Positions 30,701 through 39,664 of a DNA stretch of 64,000 nucleotides are shown piece after piece. The notes beneath the pieces are model-generated. The model saw only the letters and a list, made by a program, of their open reading frames with translations. It was not told where the DNA came from and ran no database searches. Position numbers and translations under genes: made by a program. Position 1 is the first letter of the stretch; every line of letters begins with the position of its first letter. Source of the DNA: a virus; IMG/VR virus record IMGVR_UViG_3300032285_001268, positions 64,001 through 128,000 of that record; one strand, 5' to 3'.

Positions 30701-33700
30701 ACAAGCCTGAGCTTGTTGCGCCAGCATTTAGGTAAACTGTGCTTACGTTAGCCACTATACCTGCAACTGGAGTTTGACCGCCAGTTACTGTGTATGTAAG
30801 TACAGTTCCGCTTGTGATACTTGTTACTACCACGCTTGTTGGTTCACCTTGATATAATGAACCAGTAGTACCTGCTACAGTTGATGTTGTAGCTGTGATA
30901 GTCATACCTACCATGTAACCGCTTGTATTTGCTACAGTTAATGTAGCTGTCCAAGGACCAGTACCTGTAATACTGCTCACAGTACCTGTAGTTGATAATA
31001 CTGGAGTTGTGAATGTTCCAGATACAACTGAACCTGTATTAATTGTACTGATAGTTGAAGCATTCGGATAAACACCGGTTCCAGATACAATCATACCTGT
31101 TGCCAATGTACCAGTTACTGCGGTAGTTGGGGTTAAAACGTTGCCGATTGCACCACCGGTTCCTAATCCAGTTGGGCCAACACCGTTTGAAATAAATCCA
31201 GTAACGCTTGCTTGGTTCCACTGTCCGCCTGCGGTAAATGTCCATGAGCCTACACCGTTGGTCACTGTGAATGGTGAACCGTTATAGCTTGTTGCAACTA
31301 CAATCTGATTAGTACCAGTATTGTTTGTCAATACATAGTATGGATATCCTGCTTGTAATCCGCCTAGTGAAGCGCCGACTAAACTTGTCCATGCTCCTGC
31401 ACCGTTAGCTAGTGAAACTACAGGAGTTAAACTTGCACTGGTAGACAATGTTACGTTTGATCCACTTACAGAAGCAATGTAGTATGTTTGACCTGATGTT
31501 AATCCGCCAAATACTGTACCTGCAACACCTGTCCAATATCCAGCCGCATTACTTTGTGTAATTGCGCCCGAGCTTGGAGCAAGACCAACTGTAATAGTAC
31601 TTGCTGTTCCAGTAATTGTTGTTGATGCAACTGTCTGGCTTGTGCTCACATACCATGTTGAACCTGCGCCACTTCCTGAAATGTTTTGTGTAATATAAGT
31701 ACCAGTAACTACACCAGTTCCTGTTAACACCATACCAACTGTGATTGTTCCTGAACCAACAGTACCAACTGTTAGTACATAACCACTAATTGAACTGGTC
31801 AACATGCTGGCAGTTGCCGAGTTAGTTGCTTGGATATAGTAGGTTGTTCCTGATGTTACACCAGTACCCATTGATGCACCTGCAGAACTTGTCCATGCAC
31901 CTGCGGCATTGCTTACTGACGCATTAGAGCCGCCAAACGATGTAGAAACAGTTACGTTAGAACCTTGGATGCCTGTAATATAGTAAGTTGAACCAGAGTT
32001 CAATCCGCCAAATGATCCACCTGCAACCACAGTCATTGAACCAGTGGCTGTTGATAAGGTAGTGTTTGCACCAGCATACGCACCGCTAATTGACAACTGT
32101 GTTGCGCTGATAATTTCTGTAATGTAATATGTAGTTCCAGAACTAATACCACCAAAACCTGTTCCTGAGAACACAATTGGTTCGCCTACAACCATACCAG
32201 TAGTTGATCCTAATGTGATTGCATTTTGCGTACCAGTAATAGTTGTTGATGAGACTGCAAAGTTAACGCTAGTCTGCCATGTTGAACCAGTACCTGAACC
32301 GCTGATGTTAGCAGTGATATAAGTTAATGGGCTAGTTACTAGACCTTGCTGTGTTAATGAACCTGTTGTGTTGTTTGCATAAGTTACAGAACTTGTGCTT
32401 GCACCAGTTACTACGAATGTACCGTTATAGCCAGCTGGAACAACGCCACTGACAACAATAGTTTGACCAATTACAAACGGTGTTGAACCTTGTGCGCTGA
32501 ATGTTAAAATAGCTGAAGTACCTGTACCAGTTGCACCTGTAATAGTAATTGCTTGTGGTGTTACAACGCCAGTTCCGCTTAGAGCCATACCAACTGAAAT
32601 TGTACCTGACGCTAGTGTTCCAACTGTTAACACACCTGACCCGTTAATGCTTGAACCAGTCATCGATGCTGTTGCGTTAGTTGTAGCTGTTGCGGCACTT
32701 GGAGTTTGCGTTACTGCTGTAAACACAATTGGTTCGCCTACTGCTAGTCCTGCTGTACTGCTTAATTGTAGCAAGTTATTTGCACCTGATGCAAATAGCA
32801 ATGTAGGTGTTTGTGTTGTTGCTGTGAAAACCACTGACTCGTTTACCACTAATCCAGTACCTGAACTTAGATATAACAAGTTACCAGTACTTGATGTAGC
32901 TAGTAGTGTAGGTGTTTGTGTAGCAGTACCAAAAACAACTGATTGACCTTGTAAAATACCTGTAGGTGAACTCAAAGTTGCTAGGTTTGTACCGGCTGCT
33001 GTTGCAGTTAAAGTTGGTGTGTAGGTTGTACCAACGTTGAATACTATTGGAGATCCAAGTGATATACCTGTTGAATTATTAAGTTGTATTGAAACACCAG
33101 CTGACGATGTTGTGCTTATAGTACCAGTTTGTGTTACTGCTGTTGGAATAAATGACTGTCCAACTGCAACACCACTAGTGCTTGACACCGTGACTACGCT
33201 GTTTGTTCCAGTAATTGTTGTTGAGCTAACAGATTGGCTGATACTTACTACCCATGATAGTCCACCGCCAGATACAATATATGTACCTGCAACTACACCA
33301 GTACCAGTTAATACCATACCTACAGTAATTGTGCCCGAACCAACTGAACCAACAGTTAGTGTTGTTCCACTAATTGAAGAAGTGTTCATTACTGCTGGAG
33401 TTGAAACTACTGTTCCTGTAACGCCTGGAGTTTGTGTAACTGCGCTTGGTACAAGAGTTTCGCCTACTGACAAACCTACTGTACTGCTTAGTGTTACCAA
33501 GTTCGAACCTGCTGTGGTTGCAGAAATAGTTGGTGCTAATGAGAATCCAGTAGCTAAGAATAAACCTTGTCCATAACGTACTTTGCCCCATGTTTGTGTA
33601 ACTGGTAGGCCTGATACGCTTTGTGTCCATGTTGTACCATTTAATGAGTATGCAACAATGTTACCAGTTTCTGCAACTGCTACAAAACGTCCACGACCGT

Positions 33701-36700
33701 AGGCAACAGATGTCCATAATTGACTTGATGGAAGAGTTGCTGATACCCACGATGTTCCGTTGGTGCTGTATGCGGCTTGGCTGCTTGCAGTAGTATTACC
33801 TGCGATTGCTACCCATATACCGTTTCCGTATGCAACACCGCACCATGGTGCTGATGTTGGTAGTCCACCTGAACTTAGTGTCCATGATGTTCCGTTGTTG
33901 CTTGAATAGGCTACGTTAGTAGTTCCTGTTGCAACAGCTTGCCATACACCGTTACCATAACCAACAGCTGACCATGTACTTGATGCTGGAAGATTTCCGC
34001 CACCAGTCCATGTAGTACCGTTTGTACTTACTGCGTTTACGTTAGTGCCAGTTGCTACGGCAATCCATGCACCGTTACCGGCTGCGACTGCTGTCCATGA
34101 TTGACTGCTTGGCAATGCGCCGCCTGCTGTCCATGTTGAACCGTTAAAGCTGTACTGTGTTGCTGTGCCGCTTGAAGGAATTGCAACATATACACCGCCT
34201 GCACCTGTACCTGTATAGGTAAAGTTTGTGATTGTACCTGCACTTGGTGTTGATCCAATGTTTGTTACAGTTACAGTGATGTTGTTTGCTGATGTGCCAC
34301 CTAGGCTTGTGCCTGCGATAGTTAATGTATTACCAATCGCATATCCTGAACCGGCACTGGCTAAGGTAACTGAATAAGCGTTACCTGTACGTGCAACAGT
34401 AAATGTTGCGGCTGATCCTGCACCACCGCTTGCGGCAATTGATGAATAAGTTGCTACGATGTCAGTATAGGCTGCGTCAATCCATGAACCTGATTGTTGT
34501 GTCACAGCACTTGGAGTAAATCCTGGGCTAGCATAAACAACTCTTGGTTCAATGATGTATGTTGAAGTGGTATCCATTGAGTTAACAATAGCTGTGCCTG
34601 GAACAGCATGATCCCAACCAGCCGCATTGATAATCATTGTTGATGCTGTTTGGTTGCTTACTGTTACTGGATTACCGCCTGGGGTTGTAGCTACTGAGAA
34701 TTGAGTGCTTAGTAAACCTTGTGGTAGAACATAGTACAACTGAGCTGTAAATAAACCGCCGATGGTCGTACCAGTCATGTACAAAGGCATGCCTGAATAT
34801 AAGCTGCCTGTACTTGGCACTACGATACCATTTTGAGCGCCGGTAATAGTTACTAGGCTATTGTAGTTACCAACAGTTTGGCTAATGTTAAGGTTATAAC
34901 TAATACCAGTCATTGCGATACTAGATGCAGACTGCGCAGGAGTTACATAGTATGTTCCAGCGCCGCTGGTTCCAGTACCTAATGCAGTAATAACTGTACC
35001 ACTACCAACACCTAATCCACTTACTACCATACCAACTGAAATTGCGCCAGTTACTGCACTTGCAGTTAGCACTGTTGGAGTTGCTGTAATTGTTGTAGAT
35101 GTTTGTGTTACTGTGGTATTAATTGTCCAAGTACTGCTTGAGCTTGTACCTGTACCTGTTAGTAAACCTGTAATATATGCACCAGCTGGAATTGTACCGC
35201 CACTTAGTACTTGACCAACTACTAGACCTGCGCCTGTAGGAGTTGATGTTACTGTTAGTGTTGTACCGCTAATGCTGCCTGTAAATGTTACTGCTGTACC
35301 TTGAGCAATCGCTCCAGTAAAGCTAGCTGAGTTTACACTGGTAATGTATGTGTTTGCAGTTACCCCTAGGCCGCCAAGAACTGCGCCAGCGGCTGGTGTT
35401 CCTGTTACTGTAGGCATTGACAGCAATGTTCCATTAATAAAACCACTTGATGAAAATGTGCTATTAATAGTTTGTGTTGCTGTGATAGTTGCTACACTTT
35501 CTTTAGCAACGTTGGCTAATTTACTACCTGCATTGTAACCTACAATGTAACCTGTTTGTCCAGCGCCTGTGCCTGCTGTAACAATAATTCTCATGCCTAG
35601 ATAAGCGTTACTGATCGCTTGATCAGTTGCGGCAATGGTCATTGATGTTGATGTTCCAGACTGTCCAGCATTGGCTACAGATGCGTAAGTTGTGCCTGGT
35701 GAAAATACTCGTGTTTCAAATACGGCATTATCACGGAATTCATTTCCAACAGTTACAGCACCATAACCTGCACCGCTGATTGAGTAGCTGGCAGTATTGT
35801 AGTTAGAACCTGCGTTTAGATATTCAAAACGCCAAATATTGTTTACACCATCAGTTAGTGTATTAGTGATCAGTGCTTGATTATAACGATTATTAATCTG
35901 TACAGTCAATGGTGATTCTGTTGAGTCAACACCTTCTGCTAGTACACCGTATGTGCCGTATGAGCTGTTACCGTTAGTAGCACGAATCTTACCACCTGCT
36001 TCTGCTAGATAACCAGAGTATGCGTAGTATGAGAACACTGATACTAGTTCAGCAAGAGCGTTTGGACCATAAATCCACGATCCGATACCATCTGAAAGAA
36101 CTGTTGTAAAGTCGTTAGCAACAATAGAACGGTTACCGCCATTGTGCAATGTTCCGTCAACTTTCATACCAACGCAACCTGTACCAAACATGGTTACGTT
36201 TTGTGGATATGGTGAACGTGAGTTGATCCATACACGGCTATCAGCTGGTCCCCAACCTGGATCTAAACTTACGTATGCACCAGCTGTTGGACGTTTTGTA
36301 CCGTAGCTATTTGCAGAACTCAATGTTCCTGTTAGGCCCTGTAGTGTACAGTTACGTAAACCTGTGCCGTTGCGTACTAAGAACATGTTCTGTGTTAGTG
36401 ATCCTAATACAGCATTAGTATATAATTGAGCCGCTTGCAATGTTTTGTAGTTACCAGTGTATACGATGTCGTATTGAATTGCTTTGATTGTAAATTCTAC
36501 GTCGCGCTGGCATAGTGCAGTTGGGTAATACATGGTTACTGTACATGTTCCAGATGCGCTTGTCCACGATGCAGGAGAACCGCCTTGCTGTAGAGACACT
36601 GTAATAGTTGTGCCGTTAACAATTTGTGTAACATAATAAATTGTTCCAGCAACAATTCCACCAAATGTTGTTCCGCTGAACACTACACGCATGTTCACCG

Positions 36701-39587
36701 CAAAGTTTGCGCTACTACCAACAGTGATATTTGTACCACTAGCTGTTGCTGTTACTGTAGATGTGTAAGTAGAATTGATATAGGCAATTGCTTCTGCTTT
36801 CAAGAATGCTAAGTTTTCTGTTAAGATTGCTACAGCATCGTAGTTTGCTTGTGTTTGTGTTTGAGTGTTTGTACCTGTTAGGGTAGGTGCACTGCCTGTT
36901 GAATTAACATAATAGTTAACATAGGCATTTAAGTTTGTAAACAAACCTTGAACTTGTGTTACTACTGTGCTGTTACTTGCTGGGCGTGTTGTAACCTGTG
37001 CTACCGAGTTACCTGTACTTGGAGTAACAGTGGCATTGGTTAGCAAGTTAGACATGATACCGCTTAATCTTGTCATAGTTGCAACTGTTGCGGCCACATC
37101 ATATTGATATGCTGTTCCAGCTGGAGCAGGTTGAATATTTGTCGAACGTAGTTCGTCACCAACTACAGATGTGTTTTGTGGAATAATGATCGGCAATACT
37201 TCGTAGTATGTACCTGTCTTAGTATTGATTGTGTAGTTAGGAATTACTACTGCTGGAATGTTAGTACTGCTTTGTGCTGTTAGAGCACTAGTAATTACAC
37301 CCATCAAGTTAGTTAATAAAGTCGATGCTCCAGTTTCTGATACCTGTGTAGCGTCTGAAATTCTAGTAACACTTGACTGATACGTAGTTGTTGGTGCTAG
37401 ATTTTGAATAATTCTTAAAATTACTGCCAATACTTGATTGTAGCTGGCAACGTCTTGTAGATACTGACCTGACAACAAGGTATAGGTACCTGTTGTTGTT
37501 GGGTTACTACCTGTCAATGCGTTAACATAGGCCTGGGCCGCTGCCACAGTCTTTTGATTGCCACCGTGTGACAAGTCGTAGGCCAGTGCATCAACTACAA
37601 AACCAATATCACGTGAACACTTGGTTGTATTATAGGTAAAGCTAGCCCAAATGCCGGTATTAAGGGCGATCTGTGCATTGATCCATGCGATAACTTCAGC
37701 TTGGATATAGCTACGATTACGTGTTAATAGGTTTGTTGCGGCCGGGAATTGTGCGCCCTGTTCAATTTGATATGTTGCATAACGAATTGACTGCCAAGGT
37801 TTATCTACACTTGTACCAAACGCTGGAGCAGGACTGTTAGTGCCTGTTGATGTGCTAACATAGTAGACTTGGTTAACAACACCCCAATATGTCCAGTTTG
37901 GTAAACCAGATGCGCTTACAGTTAGCACTTGTCCTGCTGTACCGATTGGTAAGCGTGTAGGACCTGCTCCACCGTAGTAGACCATGTCGCCTTGTGTTGT
38001 TAGTACAGATGTTGATGTACCTTGTGCCATCAAGTTCCAATAGGTACCAGTTGAATCATTAGCTGGACTATTGCCCGAAGCAGAAGTATGGCCTAGAATA
38101 CAGACATAGGTGCTTGGACCGTAGAATACAGTATCACCTAACACGTATGCTGTTCCGCTAGCCCATGTTGTTGCAATACCAGTGTAGGTAAATGTGCTGA
38201 TTGCGCCAGTGCTTACGCCGGTGATTGTAATGGTAATATCGTTAAACGGTGTTGTACCGCCAACACTTGTACCTAAAATTTTGATAGTATTTGAACCAGC
38301 AGTTGCTGAATAGCCTGTACCGTTGGCTGTCTTAGTTACTGTGTAGTTTGTACCACTTGTGGCTACAGTAAATTGTGCGCCATTTCCAGAACCAGTTACG
38401 TTAGTAGTAGTTACGCCTGTAAATGTCTGAGCAGTTGCTAACCAGCGGAAACCACTGTTTAATCTTGACCAGTATGCTGATGCTGTTGCAGGATTTTGAT
38501 TTGTACCATCTGCTGTGGCCACATAAGTATAGCCACCAACAGTTACAACGTTACCAACTTGGTAAGCTGTTGCACTTGACCATGCACCGATATAGGTAAA
38601 TCCAGATGTAAATAGAGCCCAATTTGATCCACCGTCTGTAGATGGAGTAATGTTGGTATTAACTGATGTTGCAATATAAACGAATCCACCGTAGGTAACT
38701 AGGTCACCGTTTTGATAAGTTGTTGAACTGCTCCAGGTATTGAAGTATTGTAGACCTTCAATGAATTTTGTAAAATTACTAGTCGAGAATGTAGCAGAAC
38801 TTGTGTGGTTTGTTGTACAAATCCAAAGATCTGCACCGTACTTAACTACGTCGTTGGCCTTATAGCGTACTGAACTTCCACTCCATGCGCCGATATAGTT
38901 GAAACCTTTGTGCAGATAATCCCACTTTGATTGATCGTTTTCTAAACCAAGTGTAGCAGTTCCAGCTGAAGTATGTGCAAGATTACAAATGTATAATATA
39001 CCACCGTAGCGTACTACATCGTTGACACGATATTTTGTAGACGTAGTCCAGTCAACAGTCCATAGTAGACCATCTGAAAATACATCCCAGCTACTTTGAT
39101 CGTTTTCTAATCCTAGAGTTGTAGTGGCAGCTGATGTATGTCCAGTTTTACAAACATAAGTTTCAGCACCGTATTTTACTACGTCTTTAGCCTTGTATCG
39201 AGTAGAAGTATTCCAATTACCTACCCAGTTAAAACTGTTGGCAAATACTGTCCACTTTGAAAAATCGTTTTCTAATCCTAACGCACTAGTTGAAGCCGAT
39301 GTGTGAGTAGTATTACACAAATAAACTACACCACCGTATTTTACTAGGTCGTTTAGTTTATAATATGTGCTAGTTGCCCATGCACCAGCCCAGGCTAAAC
39401 CGTCAGCTGTTAACTGCCAATTGCCAGATGCTAAGTCTGTACTAAAGTCTGCCGCGGCAGTGTGTCCAGTTACGCAAAGGAATAGTTTACCGCCTTGACG
39501 AACTACGTCATCTTTAACGTAAACTGTACTTGTAGTCCAAGTACCTTTCCAAATAAAGCGTATTCTACCTAATTTAAATTCAGCCAT
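27702..39587 (-). CDS. Giant virion fibre/appendage protein (3961 aa): 8 CBM5/12-like repeats, helical C.RD repeats, beta-helix, beta-propeller, nested Thr/Gly modules
   Basis: Uninterrupted 11.9 kb ORF; W..ST.Y...D.V.YGG..Y.C...HTS repeats; propeller repeats W..VAYGNG.W.A; paralogous to 39665-45589. Confidence 0.85.
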   Translation of the reverse strand: MAEFKLGRIRFIWKGTWTTSTVYVKDDVVRQGGKLFLCVTGHTAAADFSTDLASGNWQLTADGLAWAGAWATSTYYKLNDLVKYGGVVYLCNTTHTSASTSALGLENDFSKWTVFANSFNWVGNWNTSTRYKAKDVVKYGAETYVCKTGHTSAATTTLGLENDQSSWDVFSDGLLWTVDWTTSTKYRVNDVVRYGGILYICNLAHTSAGTATLGLENDQSKWDYLHKGFNYIGAWSGSSVRYKANDVVKYGADLWICTTNHTSSATFSTSNFTKFIEGLQYFNTWSSSTTYQNGDLVTYGGFVYIATSVNTNITPSTDGGSNWALFTSGFTYIGAWSSATAYQVGNVVTVGGYTYVATADGTNQNPATASAYWSRLNSGFRWLATAQTFTGVTTTNVTGSGNGAQFTVATSGTNYTVTKTANGTGYSATAGSNTIKILGTSVGGTTPFNDITITITGVSTGAISTFTYTGIATTWASGTAYVLGDTVFYGPSTYVCILGHTSASGNSPANDSTGTYWNLMAQGTSTSVLTTQGDMVYYGGAGPTRLPIGTAGQVLTVSASGLPNWTYWGVVNQVYYVSTSTGTNSPAPAFGTSVDKPWQSIRYATYQIEQGAQFPAATNLLTRNRSYIQAEVIAWINAQIALNTGIWASFTYNTTKCSRDIGFVVDALAYDLSHGGNQKTVAAAQAYVNALTGSNPTTTGTYTLLSGQYLQDVASYNQVLAVILRIIQNLAPTTTYQSSVTRISDATQVSETGASTLLTNLMGVITSALTAQSSTNIPAVVIPNYTINTKTGTYYEVLPIIIPQNTSVVGDELRSTNIQPAPAGTAYQYDVAATVATMTRLSGIMSNLLTNATVTPSTGNSVAQVTTRPASNSTVVTQVQGLFTNLNAYVNYYVNSTGSAPTLTGTNTQTQTQANYDAVAILTENLAFLKAEAIAYINSTYTSTVTATASGTNITVGSSANFAVNMRVVFSGTTFGGIVAGTIYYVTQIVNGTTITVSLQQGGSPASWTSASGTCTVTMYYPTALCQRDVEFTIKAIQYDIVYTGNYKTLQAAQLYTNAVLGSLTQNMFLVRNGTGLRNCTLQGLTGTLSSANSYGTKRPTAGAYVSLDPGWGPADSRVWINSRSPYPQNVTMFGTGCVGMKVDGTLHNGGNRSIVANDFTTVLSDGIGSWIYGPNALAELVSVFSYYAYSGYLAEAGGKIRATNGNSSYGTYGVLAEGVDSTESPLTVQINNRYNQALITNTLTDGVNNIWRFEYLNAGSNYNTASYSISGAGYGAVTVGNEFRDNAVFETRVFSPGTTYASVANAGQSGTSTSMTIAATDQAISNAYLGMRIIVTAGTGAGQTGYIVGYNAGSKLANVAKESVATITATQTINSTFSSSGFINGTLLSMPTVTGTPAAGAVLGGLGVTANTYITSVNSASFTGAIAQGTAVTFTGSISGTTLTVTSTPTGAGLVVGQVLSGGTIPAGAYITGLLTGTGTSSSSTWTINTTVTQTSTTITATPTVLTASAVTGAISVGMVVSGLGVGSGTVITALGTGTSGAGTYYVTPAQSASSIAMTGISYNLNISQTVGNYNSLVTITGAQNGIVVPSTGSLYSGMPLYMTGTTIGGLFTAQLYYVLPQGLLSTQFSVATTPGGNPVTVSNQTASTMIINAAGWDHAVPGTAIVNSMDTTSTYIIEPRVVYASPGFTPSAVTQQSGSWIDAAYTDIVATYSSIAASGGAGSAATFTVARTGNAYSVTLASAGSGYAIGNTLTIAGTSLGGTSANNITVTVTNIGSTPSAGTITNFTYTGTGAGGVYVAIPSSGTATQYSFNGSTWTAGGALPSSQSWTAVAAGNGAWIAVATGTNVNAVSTNGTTWTGGGNLPASSTWSAVGYGNGVWQAVATGTTNVAYSSNNGTSWTLSSGGLPTSAPWCGVAYGNGIWVAIAGNTTASSQAAYSTNGTSWVSATLPSSQLWTSVAYGRGRFVAVAETGNIVAYSLNGTTWTQSVSGLPVTQTWGKVRYGQGLFLATGFSLAPTISATTAGSNLVTLSSTVGLSVGETLVPSAVTQTPGVTGTVVSTPAVMNTSSISGTTLTVGSVGSGTITVGMVLTGTGVVAGTYIVSGGGLSWVVSISQSVSSTTITGTNSVVTVSSTSGVAVGQSFIPTAVTQTGTISTTSSAGVSIQLNNSTGISLGSPIVFNVGTTYTPTLTATAAGTNLATLSSPTGILQGQSVVFGTATQTPTLLATSSTGNLLYLSSGTGLVVNESVVFTATTQTPTLLFASGANNLLQLSSTAGLAVGEPIVFTAVTQTPSAATATTNATASMTGSSINGSGVLTVGTLASGTISVGMALSGTGVVTPQAITITGATGTGTSAILTFSAQGSTPFVIGQTIVVSGVVPAGYNGTFVVTGASTSSVTYANNTTGSLTQQGLVTSPLTYITANISGSGTGSTWQTSVNFAVSSTTITGTQNAITLGSTTGMVVGEPIVFSGTGFGGISSGTTYYITEIISATQLSISGAYAGANTTLSTATGSMTVVAGGSFGGLNSGSTYYITGIQGSNVTVSTSFGGSNASVSNAAGAWTSSAGASMGTGVTSGTTYYIQATNSATASMLTSSISGYVLTVGTVGSGTITVGMVLTGTGVVTGTYITQNISGSGAGSTWYVSTSQTVASTTITGTASTITVGLAPSSGAITQSNAAGYWTGVAGTVFGGLTSGQTYYIASVSGSNVTLSTSASLTPVVSLANGAGAWTSLVGASLGGLQAGYPYYVLTNNTGTNQIVVATSYNGSPFTVTNGVGSWTFTAGGQWNQASVTGFISNGVGPTGLGTGGAIGNVLTPTTAVTGTLATGMIVSGTGVYPNASTISTINTGSVVSGTFTTPVLSTTGTVSSITGTGPWTATLTVANTSGYMVGMTITATTSTVAGTTGSLYQGEPTSVVVTSITSGTVLTYTVTGGQTPVAGIVANVSTVYLNAGATSSGLSAGQQLSGTASAVVPVGTYIVGQTTNTNTILATATFFGYTGSNVLTVSGFTTGTINSISIGNHLVNGTNSGLLAGVTITAINISASTVTISSPLVGNLNASLNVQAVSGPGLYALYAPMTAQPFGSIATPTFSNITAGGGTVAVSAISGAGTSASPWVATLTGGSAFDLRYVQVGSWIQATSGTGAIFGGSPSVVTVTAITSNTVITIQVYNNTGGTGTTPVAGNVSACVVPTLTTQSGTTGLANAEYLYGGSVTYGSYIVTQSTSTVATVAAATGTGTTGTNTITLSTFTTGTIASVVVGQIISDGTGAVIQGGSLVTGINGSIITISKNLIGALSGAVTLTTAGAQGTYALNQVTSGTPTNAYVPATESVSGVPTTAISYTVSGLPVQTASTTITAYATSGAYNLAGLVSGATYYVLTIPTSGQVTLGSAYGSSPLALTTSVASWTSVFGSVFGGLQSGTTYYIASINSNQVTLSTSSTLVPVATLSTQGGSWNSTAGQTATAATSEDGITWTKQTLTTSNTWPFSVFGNPGGNPLWVAFTTGSTTANSIVTGPTAQGRVKIAGGLITEWRIVEPGSGYTTTPVVSVVDPNQSATSPTSIIASVVIADLVGTLTVTAGTYYVGQAIVVTGTFTGGSIGSYSTGTTYYVGKVNSSTSIQITDTYANATAASPVFALTTTTGTATPGATFTTNFIVRRGTGVLANPTFTNRGTSYATVSNVSVTGNGYSDLYQLGSYINVSGIYTTPTPGSNITFAGDPNYYKLVAITNILPTGGSGLAPYTAQFQINPSFTAAGSTPAPAHNATATLRLKYSQVRLTGHDFLNVGTGNQVSTNYPNTPAIAADSTKQTVAFGGGRTFFTSTDQDGNFNVGNLFTVVQSTGVATLNANAFNLAGLQSLQLGSVAVGSGSATITQFSTDPYFTANSDNIVPTQKAIKSYISSQIGGGGSTLNVNTLTAGVIYISGNSISTTTGVQITVNNKMYFVGGIDGVPLAMNFLLS

Positions 39588-39623
39588 TCAATGCTCCAGA
39601 ATCTGTTTTTCTTTTATAATATC

Positions 39624-39630
39624 TATTTAT
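39624..39630 (-). promoter_or_regulatory. Late promoter ATAAATA
   Basis: Upstream of a GGAG SD and ATG 39587. Confidence 0.65.
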
Positions 39631-39664
39631 CTACACCGTTTTTATAACTTATCAGATCACTAAA

